Of a DNA stretch of 64,000 bases, positions 59,985 through 64,000 are shown one piece after another. Under the pieces are notes generated by a model, which saw only the letters and a list, made by a program, of their open reading frames with translations, was not told the origin of the DNA and did not search any database. The stretch lies in NCBI GenBank assembly GCA_004764695.1, contig SMSO01000014.1, positions 4,040,845 through 4,104,844 on the forward strand. Reading direction: 5' to 3'. Made by a program: the position numbers and the translations under genes. Origin of the DNA: Schizochytrium sp. TIO01. Its lineage: Eukaryota; Protista; Bigyra: Labyrinthulomycetes. Each line of letters starts with the position of its first letter. Positions within the stretch are counted from its first letter, which is position 1.

Positions 59985-60689
59985 ATGACCTCCGATACCA
60001 TTGCAGGCACACAACTCCACTCTAAGTCCCCAAAGCGCGTGCTTATTTTCCCCTGGTCGTATTACAAGCAGGCCCATGTGGAAAAATATGCAAACTTGTA
60101 TCGTGACATCTGGGGTCCCGATACAGATGTCCAGATTATTGAGCACACCCCGACCGAAATCTTTTTTGCTGAGTTTGGTTTTAAGAAGCTCCTTGAAGCT
60201 AATCATAACAAAATCGTTAACCAAAGCTACGACATGATAGCCTGTTTCTCATACGGACTGCATGCTTACTTTTACCTTGAACAAATGGGTTACAAAATAC
60301 CGTGCAAGCTACTCGTCGTGGATTCTTGTCCATGTGCTGCAGGGCCGCAATCGCGTAACCTCTTGGCTGGCTTACCAACCTGGCATCCATATGCGTATGT
60401 GGTGGAAGGTTTCCGCAGTTCCGTTCGGCTTGCCACATCTGGTATCTTCTCTCGGCAACAAATTGATCAAGATTTTCACAAGTTTCTTCTTGACCTCAAG
60501 GAAGAAATAGATTTGCAAGCTATAATTGCTGAAGGTGACGCTTTTCTTGATATGGAAATTCTCGATCAGCTCAACCCACACGTATTTAAGGATGCAAGGC
60601 ATGTTACTATTCTTCGGGATCAGCCAGAAAAGTACAAAAACCTTCTTACATCGATTATGACTTGCGAAGATTATCCCCAGTCCTCCTAA
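59985..60689 (+). CDS. Alpha/beta-hydrolase-like protein, DUF829/TMEM53-like
   Basis: Intronless ~234 aa from the ATG at 59985; motifs KYANLY, CFSYG, VVDSCP and ARHVT resemble the DUF829 FSNG/DS.P/HV pattern. Confidence 0.55.
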   Translation: MTSDTIAGTQLHSKSPKRVLIFPWSYYKQAHVEKYANLYRDIWGPDTDVQIIEHTPTEIFFAEFGFKKLLEANHNKIVNQSYDMIACFSYGLHAYFYLEQMGYKIPCKLLVVDSCPCAAGPQSRNLLAGLPTWHPYAYVVEGFRSSVRLATSGIFSRQQIDQDFHKFLLDLKEEIDLQAIIAEGDAFLDMEILDQLNPHVFKDARHVTILRDQPEKYKNLLTSIMTCEDYPQSS

Positions 60690-62808
60690 CAAAATTTTGA
60701 AACATTTATAAAGTATGAATACAACTCTCATGGCTGGTCTAGTTCTAAGGTCTTTTGGTTACTCGTGGCCAGAGTTCGAACCCAAATGATCAGCTTAACC
60801 GTAGAAAGAATCCGAGAGATTTTAGATACACTGAATGATACGTTTCGTTTGTGTGTTTATTCATTCCCTGCCCGATTTCTTTTTTGCCTTTAAAGTTGAA
60901 ACCCCGGTCCGGCTAATTTTCAAGTTGTCATTTTTGTTGTTGTTGTAGTTGCCAACTCTAGGTGTAGAGCAACTATGTTCCTATTCCACGATGATGAAAT
61001 GTAGCACACAAAATTCATACGATGGCCAAGAAAGGTCATGAATGAAAGAGAACTTCTTTCTTCAACTTTCTTTAAGCGAAAAAATAAAGAACAAAACAAA
61101 AAGCGAACGAGGTTCAGGCTAGCGAAACTGGCCTAAGAGCAAATCACTGTGATTCATTTCTCTGCGCTTTGTGTAAACGTTTTTTTGGATCGTCCAAAAA
61201 ATCGTGCTCGCTGACATCGTCGATAATACATATATCGTTATTCTCTTGAGTCGGAGTACCTGGTTAGCCAGTCTTACCAAAGTGATAATAAGTAATTGTT
61301 TTGGCTTAAGTTTTTACCCAAGCTAAAAGATTTTAATATGCCAAAATGGTTTCTTTATTACTTAAAAAAAAAAGAATAAAAAGAAGAGAAAAAGAAAAAA
61401 AAAAGGTTTCTCTGCAGGATACCATGCTACGATGATATTGCGTAGAAATTCAGATAAATTGATGGCGTTCGCCAGCGAGCGAGGGATTCCTGCCTATAGA
61501 CTTGCTGCTAAGGGCAGGGAGGATGGGCCAAATAAATAAAGACAAAGAAATATGAGCTCCCGCTGTTACTTTCCATGATATATTTTGACTTGCAAGGATA
61601 GTTCATTCTCAAGCTAATCCTAACAATCCTTTGTAGATGGTGAAAACTCAAGCCTAATTGTATTGGCCAGCTCCCACAGCTTCGTAACAATTAGATGCGC
61701 AACTTTTCTATTGTGTGCATGGGCAGGACTCAGGTTACTAGCATTAAAAAATGTTTCGGTTGCCTTTAATGTTCATGCTTCGTGCCTTTCTCATTTTATA
61801 AATAATTTCATTCTCCCTCTCCACGAGACCTGGGGAGCCATGAATTCTATTACCTGTTCCACTGACGTGGTAGCACTACTCTTGACTAATACAAACCATT
61901 GACCCAAGCACAATCTTCAGTAGCAATTCTGACTAATTCTTTGCATTGTGTACCACAAACACTCAGTGGGCATCAAAGAGCGGTGTCTTTGAGGTTTTCA
62001 TTTTCATGTCTAATTTCTCAGCAAGCGATATAAACCTCGAAGGAGGCACTCTTCAAAGTATTGTTTCTTTGGTGAAGGGTAAAAACTCAAGTCAAGCATA
62101 TTTCTGATGATTAGAGGAGCAAAGGGAGCGAGCGTACTCTCTCTTTTAAACTATATTTGATGAACTAGCCTGAGCATTGCTGAGGAGGTGACTTTTACCC
62201 GGTCATCTTGAGAAAATGGCTATATAATAAAGCGATGAGTTGTCAGGAGATCGATCGTGAGCGAGGGAACCTCAATTACCCATCTGATACCTGCTACTGC
62301 TATATCTGCACCTACTACTGTATCTAAGTGTAATGTCTTTGTTAAAAGCGACTCTGACTCCTTCCACCTCCTTGCTAGCTAGTCGGTAATGGTAGATGAT
62401 AAAAGATAATCAAGAACTTGCGCATATTCTTCAAGTTATTTATTACATTTATTTCCCATCAATGCATGCTAGTAACTCCCAGCGTGAAGAAGTGTTGGCA
62501 GATAGATTCTCTGTGGAATTCTACGTATTTTCTGCATCCTACCATGGAAGGTAGGTAGTACATCGGGTACCTTGTGCTAATTCGTACCTATTGCTTTATT
62601 TTTCATGAGTTAATTTCTCTAAAGAAAGAAAGAAAAGAAAGAAAGAAATTGCAGTACTAGGTAGTTCTAGGCATCCCGGTATATAGCAGAGTTATTCTTT
62701 GCTTCTTAGTTTTTGTGGGTTATCGAGCTCGTTACTCTGTGCAAAAGGCAATCGATCTTTCGCCACTCCAAAAGGGCTCGAGGAGAGCGCGCAGGGTCTC
62801 GCCGCGCC

Positions 62809-64000
62809 ATGGGCCACAGACACGGTACGCAGCGAAAGGTGGACCAGAACCTCGCAAGCAGCGACGCTACAGACCTCAGTACCTCCGGCGACAAGAATGA
62901 GCCTCAGCATGTAAATAGCGGTCGCAAAGCAAAGTCCAAGGCAGCCAGCTCGCGCAGCCAGACTCCGCCGCTGCCTTCTCCCTCCACGCCCGCCGCCGGC
63001 TCACAAAACCATAATCAAACTCAAGGTCAGGTTAAACTGAACCAGAACCAAAACCACGTTCAAAACCAGCCTCAGGGTGCCATTGCGACGCCACCACCGC
63101 CGCCGTCGACGCCTGCGACAGAGACGAAGCGCAAATCCGTCCAGTTCTCTGCAGACACTCAGGATGCCTTGAACAAGCACAAGGAAGACGCCAATAAGCG
63201 CGCATGGTCTGTGCTTGAACCCTCGAGCAACGGCGTACAGCGCAAGGTCACGGATGACTACGAAGTATTACGCAAGCTTGGTCAGGGCAGCTATGGAAAA
63301 GTGCGCCTGGGTAAGAGCAAGGCTACCGGAGAACAGGTTGCTGTCAAGAGCGTGCTTAAGAAAAATATGCGACGGTTACAGACACTACGTCGCGAAATCT
63401 CTATAATGCGCAAGGTTCGCCACCCCAACATCATCCGACTCATTGACGTTTACGAGGACGATGCATTTCTGCACATTGTCATGGAGTTGTGCACGGGTGG
63501 AGAGCTATTTGATAAGATCATTCAGGCGGGGCATTACACGGAAAAGGACGCACGTGAGCTAATATACCAAATGCTCGATGCAGTTCAGTACTTGCACGGG
63601 ATGCACATTGCTCATCGCGATCTGAAACCTGAAAATTTTCTGTTTGCTTCCAAGGAACGCGATGCTCCACTCAAATTGATTGACTTTGGCCTTTCACGTT
63701 TTTATCAAGACAATCTATGGATGCGAACCCGTGCCGGTACACCGTACTACCTAGCTCCAGAAGTTCTTGAGAAGCGCTACGATAAAAAGTGCGATGTATG
63801 GTCCTGTGGAGTCTTATTGTATATTCTTCTTTGTGGATACCCACCTTTCTATGGAGACAACGAGAAACAGATCTACGCCATGATCAGGAAAGGGGTATTT
63901 GATTTTCCTGATCTTGAGTGGCATTCAGTATCTTCTACGGCAAAGGATCTCATTGCTAAAATGCTTGATCTAGACTCGCAGTCTCGTCTTACTGCACTTG
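62809..64000 (+). CDS. CAMK-group (CDPK-like) Ser/Thr kinase, 3'-truncated by the window edge
   Basis: GCCATGG start and an open frame to the end of the window; LGQGSYGKV, VAVK, HPNIIRL, MELCTGGELF, HRDLKPENFLF, DFGLS, GTPYYLAPEVL, DVWSCGVLLYILLCGYPPFYG. Confidence 0.93.
   Translation, partial: MGHRHGTQRKVDQNLASSDATDLSTSGDKNEPQHVNSGRKAKSKAASSRSQTPPLPSPSTPAAGSQNHNQTQGQVKLNQNQNHVQNQPQGAIATPPPPPSTPATETKRKSVQFSADTQDALNKHKEDANKRAWSVLEPSSNGVQRKVTDDYEVLRKLGQGSYGKVRLGKSKATGEQVAVKSVLKKNMRRLQTLRREISIMRKVRHPNIIRLIDVYEDDAFLHIVMELCTGGELFDKIIQAGHYTEKDARELIYQMLDAVQYLHGMHIAHRDLKPENFLFASKERDAPLKLIDFGLSRFYQDNLWMRTRAGTPYYLAPEVLEKRYDKKCDVWSCGVLLYILLCGYPPFYGDNEKQIYAMIRKGVFDFPDLEWHSVSSTAKDLIAKMLDLDSQSRLTAL

Overview
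Eukaryotic chromosome end, most likely a thraustochytrid/labyrinthulomycete stramenopile. An Aurantiochytrium-like identity is inferred from the (TTAGG)n telomere and the subtelomeric rDNA layout, not from a database search. Order from the end: (CTAAC)n telomere; about 13 kb of AT-rich 370/530/410-bp subtelomeric repeats carrying one intact Ty1/copia element and two solo LTRs; one rDNA unit (18S-5.8S-28S) transcribed toward the telomere; two long tandem arrays of ~385-480-bp units; 5S rRNA genes; two older multi-exon LRR genes; a broken kinase; a DUF829-like hydrolase; and a CAMK/CDPK-like kinase running off the window. Main result: the ~385-bp 'satellite' arrays (23.4-30.9 kb and 37.9-47.2 kb) read as coding. 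On the minus strand every unit is an intron plus one 84-nt, phase-2/phase-2 exon encoding one 28-aa ribonuclease-inhibitor-class leucine-rich repeat (LRR). In array A, variation is concentrated in the predicted ligand-contacting codons, while scaffold codons and introns are nearly identical. Array B splices onto a Roc-COR-TIR exon (about 1570-aa LRR24-ROCO-TIR); array A gives a ~689-aa LRR20 protein with no signalling domain. Each gene sits head-to-head with a 5S rRNA gene copy. Together this looks like a subtelomeric, recombination-diversified immune-receptor cassette system. All exon models were read manually from splice signals and need RNA confirmation.
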